64,000 nt of DNA from Candidatus Uhrbacteria bacterium (GCA_026395055.1 JAPLZK010000003.1:99855-163854), one strand, 5' to 3'; shown: positions 47,542 through 59,212, numbered from the stretch's first letter. Translations and numbers: made by a program. The notes: a model not told the origin generated them from the sequence alone.

Positions 47542-47551
47542 ATAAAAATAT

Positions 47552-49856
<2,305 letters not shown>

Positions 49857-49861
49857 ATAAT

Positions 49862-49940
49862 AAATCCGAATATCGAATAACGAAATTCGAAAACAGAGTA
49901 AGGTTTTCGACATTCGGATTTTGTCTTCATTTCGAATTTT
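49862..49940. repeat. Inverted arrays of degenerate heptamers
   Basis: AAATCCG AATATCG AATAACG AAATTCG AAAAC ... GTTTT CGACATT CGGATTT ... CGAATTT. Confidence 0.75.
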
Positions 49941-49945
49941 ATCTT

Positions 49946-50371
49946 ATGTATTTGAATTTAAAGATCGTCACCCCAGAACGCATTGTCTATGAAGACGATG
50001 TTGATTCTGTTTCTCTCATGACAGAAATGGGTGAAGTCACGATTTTGCCAAATCACGTTCCCTTGGTATCAAATCTTCGCGCGGGTGAAGTTCGATTGAA
50101 AAAGAATGGGGAAGAGTCACATCTTGTTGCGTCAACTGGATTTCTCGAGGTGCGTCCCGGAAATCAGGTCGTGATCCTCGCAGACACAGCAGAACGTTCA
50201 GAAGAACTTGAACTCGAGAAGATTGAGGAAGCAAAGGAACGTGCTCGTAAATTCCTTACGGAAACCAAGCATAAAGACGACGTGGCGTTTGCGGATGCGG
50301 CAGTTCACCTAGAAAGAGAGCTCGCCCGATATCACGTTGCGCTTAAACGAAAGAAATCACATAAAAACTAG
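49946..50371 (+). CDS. atpC: ATP synthase F1 subunit epsilon
   Basis: IVTPER, GEVTILPNHVPL, GFLEV, ILADTAE. Confidence 0.96.
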   Translation: MYLNLKIVTPERIVYEDDVDSVSLMTEMGEVTILPNHVPLVSNLRAGEVRLKKNGEESHLVASTGFLEVRPGNQVVILADTAERSEELELEKIEEAKERARKFLTETKHKDDVAFADAAVHLERELARYHVALKRKKSHKN

Positions 50372-50379
50372 AAAAAGAT

Positions 50380-50406
50380 ATCCACCGCTGAACGCGGTGG
50401 ATTTTT
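50380..50406 (+). terminator. atp operon terminator
   Basis: ATCCACCGC-tgaac-GCGGTGGAT-TTTT. Confidence 0.8.
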
Positions 50407-50414
50407 ATTTAGCC

Positions 50415-50443
50415 TTGACGGAAAGGATGACTGGAGGTATCAT
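50415..50443 (+). promoter_or_regulatory. Sigma70 promoter
   Basis: TTGACG-17-TATCAT. Confidence 0.65.
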
Positions 50444-50507
50444 CGTGTTCTCCAAGTGAGTATTTGGAGACGTTCTTTGATCGTAAACCCTTACAAGGAG
50501 TTTGCCC

Positions 50508-51143
50508 ATGCCGAATCGTGCAGAAGATGTGCGTCTTATTCGCCTCTTGCGTGAAGCCAATGTTCTCGTCAATGTTGACGGACACAAACTGCATGCGCCA
50601 AATGGTGTCATTCCCGTCGTCTGTCCTGATTGCGATCAAGTCGATGACATCGATAACCATATCCGCAAGTTGCTCGATGAGTCCGGTGGGAGAATTCGTC
50701 CGCACATGCTGAAGCAGCACGGTGGAGGCATGCTCATTTCTGAAGCGTGTCCGCTCGATCGCGAATTCAACATCGACAGGTACCTGTTGAAGCACATCGG
50801 TATCGCGCGCAACTTGAAGGATATCAATACGATCATTCTGTACGTGCACGCGCCGTGTGGTGCTGCACAACTTGAAGGACTGAACGTTGTCGAGATTCTG
50901 TATCACGTTGTGGAAGCAAAGAAGCGCGTCAAGGCCATGTGGCCCACGGATCGCATCAGTTGCTACATCCACGTGGACTACGCAAACGAAAAGAAGCGCA
51001 CGTACTTTCTGAGTCGTGAAGCATTCGAACGTTGGTTTCACGACAACAACGGCGAACAATATGTGAAGCACATGAACAAAGGGAACGGATCCAGTCCTGA
51101 TCACAAGACTGAGTTTGAACCTGCTGCCCCTGCGTCTTCGTAG
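50508..51143 (+). CDS. Beta-carbonic-anhydrase-like protein (putative Cys2His Zn site)
   Basis: VVCPDCD (C-x-D), HGGG, IILYVHAPCGA (H-x-x-C-G); AAGGAG SD. Confidence 0.6.
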   Translation: MPNRAEDVRLIRLLREANVLVNVDGHKLHAPNGVIPVVCPDCDQVDDIDNHIRKLLDESGGRIRPHMLKQHGGGMLISEACPLDREFNIDRYLLKHIGIARNLKDINTIILYVHAPCGAAQLEGLNVVEILYHVVEAKKRVKAMWPTDRISCYIHVDYANEKKRTYFLSREAFERWFHDNNGEQYVKHMNKGNGSSPDHKTEFEPAAPASS

Positions 51144-51265
51144 ATCCTCTAACCGGACTTACCTCCGGTTTTTTATTTTGCTTCACAGCAAAATAACCAC
51201 CCATAGCTCGCACCGAGCAACGGATGGTCCATCTTGTGAACGCATGTATCTGTGCAAAAAGAACC

Positions 51266-51294
51266 TTGACGCTCTTTCATGCCAGGAGTAAATT
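51266..51294 (+). promoter_or_regulatory. Promoter of the Hyf/Ehr-like operon
   Basis: TTGACG-17-TAAATT. Confidence 0.55.
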
Positions 51295-51316
51295 ATCCGA
51301 GATCAATTAATATCAT

Positions 51317-51856
51317 ATGAGCTTTCCAAAATTACTGAAGCGACTTTTTCTTGGACCACGTGTTACTGAAAAACAGGAATCTTTTTTAAAAACAGATAAA
51401 GAATTTGAAGCTGTCGGCGCGGAATTAAAATCCATCGTGCAATCTTTATATGGAGGACGATCCCTTCGTATTCGTGCGGTTGATGGAGGTTCAACAAATG
51501 CAGAAGAGAACGAGCTCACCGCTCTTAGCAATGCCTACTACGATATTGATCGTTTTGGGTTGAGTTTCGTTGCGTCTCCACGTCATGCAGACATGGTTTG
51601 GGTAACAGGTTGTGTGACGCGCAACCTTGAGCGTGCGGTGAAAACAACCTATGAAGCCGCACCAGAGCCATGCATTGTTGTCGCCATTGGTGACGGAGCT
51701 TGCACGGGAGGAATCTGGAAAGATTCTTATGCGGTAGTTGGAGCTCTTGAAAATGTTATTCCGGTTCACATCAAGATTCCTGGAGATCCGCCAACGCCAA
51801 CGCAAATCTTGCGTGGAGTTTTAAACGCGCTCAAACAATCATCCTCAAAATCTTAA
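51317..51856 (+). CDS. NuoB/HyfI/EhrS-like small subunit lacking canonical Fe-S cysteines
   Basis: YDIDRFG..FVASPRHAD..VTG.VTRN, but DGGSTNAEE, GDGAC and IPGDPP replace GSCNGCE, GxCA and PGCPP. Confidence 0.9.
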   Translation: MSFPKLLKRLFLGPRVTEKQESFLKTDKEFEAVGAELKSIVQSLYGGRSLRIRAVDGGSTNAEENELTALSNAYYDIDRFGLSFVASPRHADMVWVTGCVTRNLERAVKTTYEAAPEPCIVVAIGDGACTGGIWKDSYAVVGALENVIPVHIKIPGDPPTPTQILRGVLNALKQSSSKS

Positions 51857-51857
51857 T

Positions 51858-53840
51858 ATGAATCTTTCGTTTTTTGTTGTGCTGTCTTTGTCTGGAGTAT
51901 TCCTTTCTGCACTTATTTCATTTATCAGCGCAAAAGGGCAGGGGCACCGCGCAGTCGTGACGCTCCTCGCGTTGTCTACGGGACTTGGAGCCTTTTCAAG
52001 TGCGGCTTTTTTGTTGAGTGGTCAATCTCAACTCACAATCACTCAATCTGCGTGGCTTTTTGGAACACCATTCGTTTTATCTGTTCTCTCAGCACTATTC
52101 TTTTTTCTTTTAAACACAGTCGCTTGTCTCGCATCTGTTTACGCCATGAAGTATGTGGAACAGTATACGGAAGTCTATAACGTTCGCGTTCTCGATGGTC
52201 TCATGGCTATTTTCGTGCTCGGCATGCAAGGCGTCCTTCTTGCGGGCACACCGTTTGGATTTCTTGTGTTCTGGGAAATCATGTCGCTGTCATCCTTCTT
52301 TCTTGTCATGGCAGACAAAGAAGCGGCATCCGTTCGCGCAGCGCTCTTTTATCTCATCATGACACATCTTGGGGCAGGAGCGATCCTTGCTGGATTTATG
52401 ATCCTCTCGAACGGATCATTACTTGAATCATTCACGCGCCTCGCCATTCTCGCGCAACATCTTCCACCTTCAACACTGTTTGGTGTATTTCTTTTATTTC
52501 TCTTTGGCTTTGGCTCAAAGGCGGGACTTGTTCCGTTTCATGTCTGGCTTCCAGAAGCTCACCCACAAGCTCCATCGCACATTTCCGCACTCATGTCTGG
52601 AGTGATGTTAAAAATGGCGCTTTACGGTTTTTTGGTAATGACCTTCACTGTCCTTCCAATCGGAAGCTCGACCGCAGCCCTTATTGTGATTGCGCTTGGA
52701 CTTCTCTCGGCTGTTTACGGAGTGATTTACGCCGTGATTGAACGTGATGTGAAGCGTGTCCTTGCGTTTAGTAGTATTGAAAACATGGGAATTATTTTCA
52801 CCATGCTTGGTGTTGCCATGCTCACACAATCACAAGGAATGTCTGCATTCTCACACGTTGCCCTCGGCGCAGCGTTGTTGTTTGCCATTGCACACGCCTT
52901 TTTTAAGTCCGGATTGTTTATGGGGGCTGGAGTCATGGTTCATGCCGCACATTCGAGATCGCTCGAAGTGATGGGGGGATTATCAAAGCGTATGCCAGCA
53001 TTTTCTGGCGCAATGCTCATCCTTGCGCTTGCAGCCGCAGCACTTCCTCCATTCTCCGCATTTATGGCGGAATGGACGTTTGTGCAAAATCTCGTTGCAA
53101 ATTTGTCGACCATGTCGCCATTTATTCAGGGTGTTCTTGTCTTGGTTCTTGTGACCATGGCACTTGTTGGGGGTCTCGCGTTATTCGCCATGATCAAGTT
53201 GTTCGGGATCGGATTCCTTGCTGAGCCTCGTTCAGAACATGTTGCACACGCTAAAGCTCCTGGAAAACTCATCGCAATTCCAATTTATCTTCTTGCAGCC
53301 TGTTCCGTTCTGGTCGGACTTCTTGCACCAGCGATTTTAAGAACGATCGGATACGGGGATCTCACGGTTAATTACGACTTGCACACAAACATAGTTCTTG
53401 GAGGAGGATCCATGAATCCAGGTAAACTCCTCGCGCTTCTTGTCGCAACGTTCTTCCTCGTTCTTCTTTTACGTCGTGTGCTCTCGAACGTTAAGCACGA
53501 ACGTGAATATCACACGTGGGACTGCGGACAGCCAATCACTCCAGGAATGGAATTCACCGCAACAGCTTTCTCCGCATCGATTCGATTCTTCTTCCGTGTG
53601 ATTACACGCACAAAAAAGAATGTGATTACAACTCCGATCATTGCAAGTAATCCATGGATTGCAAGCCGAACATTCTCTCTCGAGCTTCGACAAATTTGGT
53701 ACGACGATCTTTACGTGCCAATCCAAAACGCGTGTCTCTGGACGTCTACCCAAGTTCGTAAACTCCAAAACGGTGTCATTCAATTCTATATCGCCCTTAT
53801 CTTCATTGCCCTCGTAGTAACGCTCGCGATCGCCCTATGA
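51858..53840 (+). CDS. HyfB-like (NuoL/MrpA-type) antiporter subunit
   Basis: FWEIMSLSS, GFGSKAGLVPFHVWLPEAHP.APS..SALMSG, LAFSSIEN.G, HAFFKS.LF, WDCG. Confidence 0.9.
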   Translation: MNLSFFVVLSLSGVFLSALISFISAKGQGHRAVVTLLALSTGLGAFSSAAFLLSGQSQLTITQSAWLFGTPFVLSVLSALFFFLLNTVACLASVYAMKYVEQYTEVYNVRVLDGLMAIFVLGMQGVLLAGTPFGFLVFWEIMSLSSFFLVMADKEAASVRAALFYLIMTHLGAGAILAGFMILSNGSLLESFTRLAILAQHLPPSTLFGVFLLFLFGFGSKAGLVPFHVWLPEAHPQAPSHISALMSGVMLKMALYGFLVMTFTVLPIGSSTAALIVIALGLLSAVYGVIYAVIERDVKRVLAFSSIENMGIIFTMLGVAMLTQSQGMSAFSHVALGAALLFAIAHAFFKSGLFMGAGVMVHAAHSRSLEVMGGLSKRMPAFSGAMLILALAAAALPPFSAFMAEWTFVQNLVANLSTMSPFIQGVLVLVLVTMALVGGLALFAMIKLFGIGFLAEPRSEHVAHAKAPGKLIAIPIYLLAACSVLVGLLAPAILRTIGYGDLTVNYDLHTNIVLGGGSMNPGKLLALLVATFFLVLLLRRVLSNVKHEREYHTWDCGQPITPGMEFTATAFSASIRFFFRVITRTKKNVITTPIIASNPWIASRTFSLELRQIWYDDLYVPIQNACLWTSTQVRKLQNGVIQFYIALIFIALVVTLAIAL

Positions 53841-54772
53841 ATTCCTTTCTCCTAACTCTCGTCCAATTCATCGCTGTCATTCTCGTCGCACCATTCGTGA
53901 CGGGGCTGGTTCGCATGTGCAAGGCGCGATTCCAAGGCCGACACGGTGCTTCACCATTTTTGCCGTACATCACGTATGCAACACTTCTCAAGAAACAAAT
54001 GGTTATTTCGAAAAGCACCTCTTGGGTTTTTCGTTTGGTTCCATTTGTTGTTCTTGCGACGACGTTGTTTCTTGTTTGCGTTTTACCACTTCTTGTTTTC
54101 GGCGGAGCCTTTGTATCACTCGGTCACTTCATGATTGTTGCCGGTGTTCTCGCACTCGGTGCGGCATTTCTTGTTATGGGTGGACTTGAAAGTGCAAGTG
54201 CATTCGGAGGAATGGGCGCATCTCGTGAAATGACGTTAGCGTCCCTCGTCGAGCCAGCCATGATCGCAACATTCGCAACATTTTCCATCGTCACCGGCGC
54301 ATTCACCGTCGACGCGATGTTTGCAAACGCGCATATTCTCACTTCACCCGCATTGATTCCAGCAATCGCTGCGCTTATCATGGTCGCGCTTGCGGAGAAT
54401 GCGCGTTATCCGGTCGACAACCCAGCAACACACCTTGAACTTACAATGGTTCACGAGGCGATGGTTCTTGAATACTCTGGACCTTATCTTGCGATGCTTG
54501 AATACGCATCCGCAGTGAAACTCACCATTTTTTCTTTGCTTGTTGCAAACATCTTGTTTCCCATGACTCTTGCGGTTGATGCAACTCTTGTTGCGATCTT
54601 GATTACGATTGCGTACATGATCGTGAAAGTCATCGTTGTTTCATTCTTGCTCGCGCTGCTTGAATCATTGATTGCCAAAATGCGTTTTTATAGAATGCAA
54701 GAATACATGACCATTGCGTTCTTCTTTGCGCTTGCTGGCCTTGTCTTTGCTCTCATCCACATCACCCTATGA
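53837..54772 (+). CDS. HyfC-like (NuoH-type) membrane subunit
   Basis: KARFQGRHG, FGGMGASRE, ENARYPVDNPATHLELTMVHEAMVLEYSG. Confidence 0.92.
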   Translation: MNSFLLTLVQFIAVILVAPFVTGLVRMCKARFQGRHGASPFLPYITYATLLKKQMVISKSTSWVFRLVPFVVLATTLFLVCVLPLLVFGGAFVSLGHFMIVAGVLALGAAFLVMGGLESASAFGGMGASREMTLASLVEPAMIATFATFSIVTGAFTVDAMFANAHILTSPALIPAIAALIMVALAENARYPVDNPATHLELTMVHEAMVLEYSGPYLAMLEYASAVKLTIFSLLVANILFPMTLAVDATLVAILITIAYMIVKVIVVSFLLALLESLIAKMRFYRMQEYMTIAFFFALAGLVFALIHITL

Positions 54773-55398
54773 TCTCACTTTCTCTTTGGAATAATATCTT
54801 CATGGGCGGAACGCTTTTGTTTGCGATCGTCATGATGGGAATGCCACGGCTCCCAGCGATGCTTCGCTTCTTCGCGTTGTCCTCACTTTGTCTCGCGGGA
54901 CTCATTGTCACGTCATCTCTCATGAAAGGGGATGAACAGCCGTACGCAATCGCGATCATCAATATTGTGTTCAAGGTAATCCTTGCTCCAAGCATTTTGT
55001 TTTTTGCTGCACGCAAGGTTCGCGCATCCATGGCGCTCAAGTTTTATTTGCGTCCAACCGCAACCTACTTCGCTGCGCTCCTCGTGTTGCTCATCTCTGT
55101 ATTCGTTTCGTTGCGCATGCCGGGCGTTCCATATCTTTCGATCGCCCTTGTTCTTCTTGGGCTCGTATTCATGATGGTTCGAAAAGATTTGTACTCACAA
55201 ATCATTGGATTCATGACCATGGAAAATGGAATTGCCGCTTACGGTGTACTCATGATTGGCGGTTTTCCCTTCATGATTGAAACAGGAATCTTGTTCGTTG
55301 TGATCACCGGAGCAATCTTGATGGCAATCTTAAGTCGTCATGTGCAAGAGCTCTACGCAACGGGCGACACGGAATCCTTAACCGAGCTCACCGAATAA
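54769..55398 (+). CDS. HyfE-like (NuoJ/K-type) membrane subunit
   Basis: KVILAP, SQIIGFMTMENGI, P..IETG. Confidence 0.88.
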   Translation: MISLSLWNNIFMGGTLLFAIVMMGMPRLPAMLRFFALSSLCLAGLIVTSSLMKGDEQPYAIAIINIVFKVILAPSILFFAARKVRASMALKFYLRPTATYFAALLVLLISVFVSLRMPGVPYLSIALVLLGLVFMMVRKDLYSQIIGFMTMENGIAAYGVLMIGGFPFMIETGILFVVITGAILMAILSRHVQELYATGDTESLTELTE

Positions 55399-55399
55399 T

Positions 55400-56857
55400 A
55401 TGCCAACTATTTTCATCCTATTTCTTTTTGCAGCCGCAAGCGCATACATTGCTCGAACGGAAAAACAGATTCGTGTAAGCGCACTCGTGTTTGCGATTCT
55501 TGGTGGTGGTTCAAGTCTTTACCTCGCAGTCATGAGACTTCTTGTAAGTCCATACACACCCGTCTCAGGTTGGTTTCGTGCGGACATGTACACCTGGTTC
55601 ATGATTGCGCTTGTTTCATTTGTGTATATCACTGCAACGATTGCGAGCGTTCGCTATACAGGCGAGGAATCTCGCGAAGGATTGCTTACGATCGAGAAAC
55701 TCCGTGTCTACTTTTTCTCCATTCCACTCTTTATCCTTGCCATGCTTGTTTCTGTTCTCGCAAACCACCTTGGTTTGCTTTGGATTGGACTTGAAGGCAC
55801 AACTCTTACGACAACCTTGCTCGTTGCGCTGTATCGTAAGGATGCATCCATTGAGGCGGCTTGGAAGTTCATCATGCTCTGCTCCATTGGTATCGGACTT
55901 GGAATGATTGGAATGCTCATGTTTGTGCACGCCGGAGTTGTCGCTGGACTCAACGTGTTTGATGCGTTCTCATACTCAACGCTTCGAACGAGTGCACATC
56001 TTCTTGACCCAGCATCGATGAAGCTCGCTTTCGTCTTTCTTCTCGTTGGAATTGGAACCAAAGTTGGTTTTGTCCCAATGCACACATGGCTTCCGGATGC
56101 TCACAGTAAAACTCCCTCGCCAATTAGCGCACTTCTTTCAGGGGTACTCTTGAACGTTGCGTTCTTTGTCTTGCTACGTTGCAAAGTTCTCACCGATCTT
56201 TCGATCGGAAGTTCTGCATGGTCTGATCACCTTATGATCGGCTTTGGCGTGCTCTCCGTTGTTGTTGCCGCATTTTTCTTACTCCAACAACGCAACTACA
56301 AGCGCATGCTTGCGTATTCGAGTGTTGAACACATGGGACTCATGGGCTTTGCGTCTGGACTCGGTCCTGTTGGAATGCTGGCACTTACGATCCATGCTGT
56401 CTTTCACACCCTTACAAAATCCGCATTGTTCTTCACATCGGGTGAAATTTTGCTTTCTCAAAAAACAACAAAGATTGCCGGAATCAAAAATTTGATGAAG
56501 AAAACTCCGATCACGGCAACGTTGTTCCTCCTCGGCATTCTTGCGATCATCGCCGTCCCACCATCCGGACTCTTTACGAGTGAGTTCATGATTGTCGGTG
56601 CTGGACTCCAATCCGCTCGCGGGCTCACACTCGTCCTGCTTCTCGCTCTCACCATGATTGCGTTTAGTATGTTGAAGAGTACGACGTCCATGCTTTACAC
56701 AGCAGATGATGGAGTCGTCGAACATACACATAAAGAAAAATGGACGCTCACACACGCGGTCGTCATCGTTCAGTTGATTCTGATCGTTGTGCTCGGACTT
56801 TTCATCACCACCGCGCCAGTCCTCGACTTTTTCAAGTCAATTTCACAATCGATCTAA
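55400..56857 (+). CDS. HyfF-like (NuoM/N-type) antiporter subunit
   Basis: LWIGLEGTTL, EAAWKF, GTKVGFVPMHTWLPDAHSKTPSP, KRMLAYSSVEHMG. Confidence 0.9.
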   Translation: MPTIFILFLFAAASAYIARTEKQIRVSALVFAILGGGSSLYLAVMRLLVSPYTPVSGWFRADMYTWFMIALVSFVYITATIASVRYTGEESREGLLTIEKLRVYFFSIPLFILAMLVSVLANHLGLLWIGLEGTTLTTTLLVALYRKDASIEAAWKFIMLCSIGIGLGMIGMLMFVHAGVVAGLNVFDAFSYSTLRTSAHLLDPASMKLAFVFLLVGIGTKVGFVPMHTWLPDAHSKTPSPISALLSGVLLNVAFFVLLRCKVLTDLSIGSSAWSDHLMIGFGVLSVVVAAFFLLQQRNYKRMLAYSSVEHMGLMGFASGLGPVGMLALTIHAVFHTLTKSALFFTSGEILLSQKTTKIAGIKNLMKKTPITATLFLLGILAIIAVPPSGLFTSEFMIVGAGLQSARGLTLVLLLALTMIAFSMLKSTTSMLYTADDGVVEHTHKEKWTLTHAVVIVQLILIVVLGLFITTAPVLDFFKSISQSI

Positions 56858-56858
56858 T

Positions 56859-58415
56859 ATGAACGCACAAGAAATTCTTCACACTATCAAATTGTCCGGC
56901 CACACCCATGGCTCTCTTGTGACGCTTGAGTCTGTTTCACCGGAATGGTTCACCCCGTTGTGCAATCGATTGTCCGCTGAGTTCAAACTTCCGCTTTCTT
57001 TGTTGTATGCAACAGATGATCGCAAAGAGGGAAAGGGGTTCGGTATTCATGTGTTGTTTGCGCTTGATGCGTCACACGAGTGGCTGCTTGTTGAGACAAC
57101 ATTGTCCGAAGAGAACCCAAGTTATGAATCTCTGACAAAAACAATCATGGAAGCGCATTGGTATGAGCGTTATGCCATGGATATGTTTGGCATTAAGGCA
57201 GAAGGTCATCCAGATCCACGTCGTTTGGTTCATCATGAGAACGTTCCGGCAAACACACATCCACTTCGTAAAGATTTTGCGTGGAATACAAAGATGGAGC
57301 ATGCAAATGAACCTTATCCAATGCATCACATTGAAGGCGAAGGAATCTTTGAGATTCCGGTCGGTCCAATTCACGCAGGTGTGATTGAGCCCGGACATTT
57401 TCGCTTTAACGTTGCGGGTGAACGTATTATTACCCTCGAAGGAAAGTTGTTCTTCACACACAAGGGTGTTGAGAAACTCCTTGAAGGAAAGACAGTTGCA
57501 CAAGCACTTCCATTCATTGAACGTATCTCAGGCGACATGTCTGCGTCACACACACTTGCATTTGCTCAAGCGATCGAGCAGATCTCAAGCGTGACGGTTC
57601 CAAAGCGTGCGCAAGAACTGCGTGTACTGATTACAGAACTTGAACGCATTACAATGCATACATTCGACATTGGAAACATGGCGGGAAACGGAACCGGATT
57701 TACGGTTGAAGCAGCTCATGGATTCCGTGTGAAAGAAAAAATCATGCGATTGTCTGAACGTGTGTTCGGAAATCGTTTTTGGCGCGGATTCGTTGTGCCG
57801 GGCGGAGTCTCGAAGACGTTGTCACAAGAAGAACTTCTCGATATTGTAAAAACAACAAAGGAAGTTGTTCAAGAGATGGAAGATCTCTTTCAGCTTGGTC
57901 GACACTCAGATGGACTTCGCGAGCGTCTCGAGACAACAGGTGTCCTCGCAAAAGAAGTCGCCGTAGCATTTGGTGCGCTTGGACTTCCAGCTCGTGGATC
58001 TGGAGTGGATCGTGACGTTCGTCGTGATCATCCTTATGCAGCGTATGCCGAGATGCAACCGGAAGTATTCACCTTTGAGAAAGGCGATGTCTATGCACGT
58101 TGGAAACTGCGCGCACTTGAGATGGTCGAATCAATGAAGCTCATCGAAAAGATTTGTGCCTCAAAGAACGACGGCTCTGTGCGTGTCGACGTACACGTAA
58201 AAGACGGCATGGCGATCGGTGCGGTCGAATCATGGCGTGGTGAGCTATTGAACGTGGTCTACGTCAGGAATGGTGTGATTGCACGCTGCGTTCCACGTGA
58301 TCCATCCTTCTGCAACTGGGCGCTCTTTGGAGCGATTGGCCCTGGAAACATCATTCCGGACTTTCCCTTGTGTAACAAATCATTGAACTTAAGTTATTCC
58401 GGAACCGATTTGTAA
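56859..58415 (+). CDS. HyfG/EhrL-like fused NuoC-NuoD large subunit without NiFe ligands
   Basis: WYER..DMFG, GHPD.RRL, VGPIHAGVIEPGHFRF; ERISGDMS in place of RxCGxC; C-terminal DFPLCNKSLNLSYSGTDL in place of DPCxxC. Confidence 0.92.
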   Translation: MNAQEILHTIKLSGHTHGSLVTLESVSPEWFTPLCNRLSAEFKLPLSLLYATDDRKEGKGFGIHVLFALDASHEWLLVETTLSEENPSYESLTKTIMEAHWYERYAMDMFGIKAEGHPDPRRLVHHENVPANTHPLRKDFAWNTKMEHANEPYPMHHIEGEGIFEIPVGPIHAGVIEPGHFRFNVAGERIITLEGKLFFTHKGVEKLLEGKTVAQALPFIERISGDMSASHTLAFAQAIEQISSVTVPKRAQELRVLITELERITMHTFDIGNMAGNGTGFTVEAAHGFRVKEKIMRLSERVFGNRFWRGFVVPGGVSKTLSQEELLDIVKTTKEVVQEMEDLFQLGRHSDGLRERLETTGVLAKEVAVAFGALGLPARGSGVDRDVRRDHPYAAYAEMQPEVFTFEKGDVYARWKLRALEMVESMKLIEKICASKNDGSVRVDVHVKDGMAIGAVESWRGELLNVVYVRNGVIARCVPRDPSFCNWALFGAIGPGNIIPDFPLCNKSLNLSYSGTDL

Positions 58416-58479
58416 AGCTCCAAATCAAAAATCCCAAATTCCAAATGATTGGAGCTTGGGATTTTCTTTTTGGTGCTTT
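58415..58479. repeat. Inverted arrays of degenerate heptamers (may double as terminator)
   Basis: AAGCTCC AAATCAA AAATCCC AAATTCC AAAT ... GGAGCTT GGGATTT TCTTTTT GGTGCTT. Confidence 0.7.
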
Positions 58480-58483
58480 ACGC

Positions 58484-58512
58484 TTGACGCTCGCGTCATT
58501 CTCGAGTAGTCT
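58484..58512 (+). promoter_or_regulatory. Sigma70 promoter
   Basis: TTGACG-17-TAGTCT. Confidence 0.55.
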
Positions 58513-58554
58513 CTCCACATCGTCACCTCAACTTCGACGATACAAGGATAGCTC

Positions 58555-59151
58555 ATGCCCGTTTCTCCTCTCTCTTTTGGTGATCAACGTTTGATCGAGT
58601 TGCTGTACGAAGCGCGTGTCTTGTACGAAAAGAAATTGGAATTCGATCTTTCGAAAACACTCGTTGTCACAGATCTTGCAAATCCAAATCCGGAAATTTC
58701 CGTAAACACGCAAGTCGAGCCCGCTCAGATCCTGCGGGTTTTGCACGGTGGCTGTGCCTTGCACACCGTGACATCCAACGTGAATCACGAAGAACGGCGT
58801 GAACGCATCATTGAGAGAATGAAGACGTTGTTGTTCGGCTCATTCATTCAGACGATTGCTCTCGTTGCGGCTGCACCTTCCCTTGATCCGCCGCTTTCGC
58901 TCGTCGACACCATCGACTATCTGCGTTCGGCAGAAGAGTACGTCTGTCTGATGTTCGGAAAGAAATTGCAGGTGTACAACTTCATCTGCGTGAAATTTCC
59001 AGACAATCGAACGTACACGTTGCAGATCAACACTCCCGAATTTCACGCGTGGTACAACGACTACGAACGCGATGTGCTTGGACGTGATGACCGCGCTGTA
59101 GAAGACGACAGCGATGGCATCGACGGCCGTAGTGGTATGACGATTCCGTAG
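58555..59151 (+). CDS. Degenerate paralogue of the beta-CA-like protein at 50508 (Zn ligands lost)
   Basis: RLIELLYEARVL, HGGC, IQTIALVAAAP, RTY, FHAWYND align with the 50508 protein. Confidence 0.65.
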   Translation: MPVSPLSFGDQRLIELLYEARVLYEKKLEFDLSKTLVVTDLANPNPEISVNTQVEPAQILRVLHGGCALHTVTSNVNHEERRERIIERMKTLLFGSFIQTIALVAAAPSLDPPLSLVDTIDYLRSAEEYVCLMFGKKLQVYNFICVKFPDNRTYTLQINTPEFHAWYNDYERDVLGRDDRAVEDDSDGIDGRSGMTIP

Positions 59152-59212
59152 ACCCTGACACTCATTTGAGTGTCTTTTTTGTTTCCGAAACCCCTGTTAC
59201 AATGGCGCCAAT

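Noticed and set aside
51317-58415. Annotation as an active hydrogenase-4 or NADH dehydrogenase
   Set aside because: NiFe and Fe-S ligands are absent and there are no NuoEFG, NuoI or maturation genes in the block.
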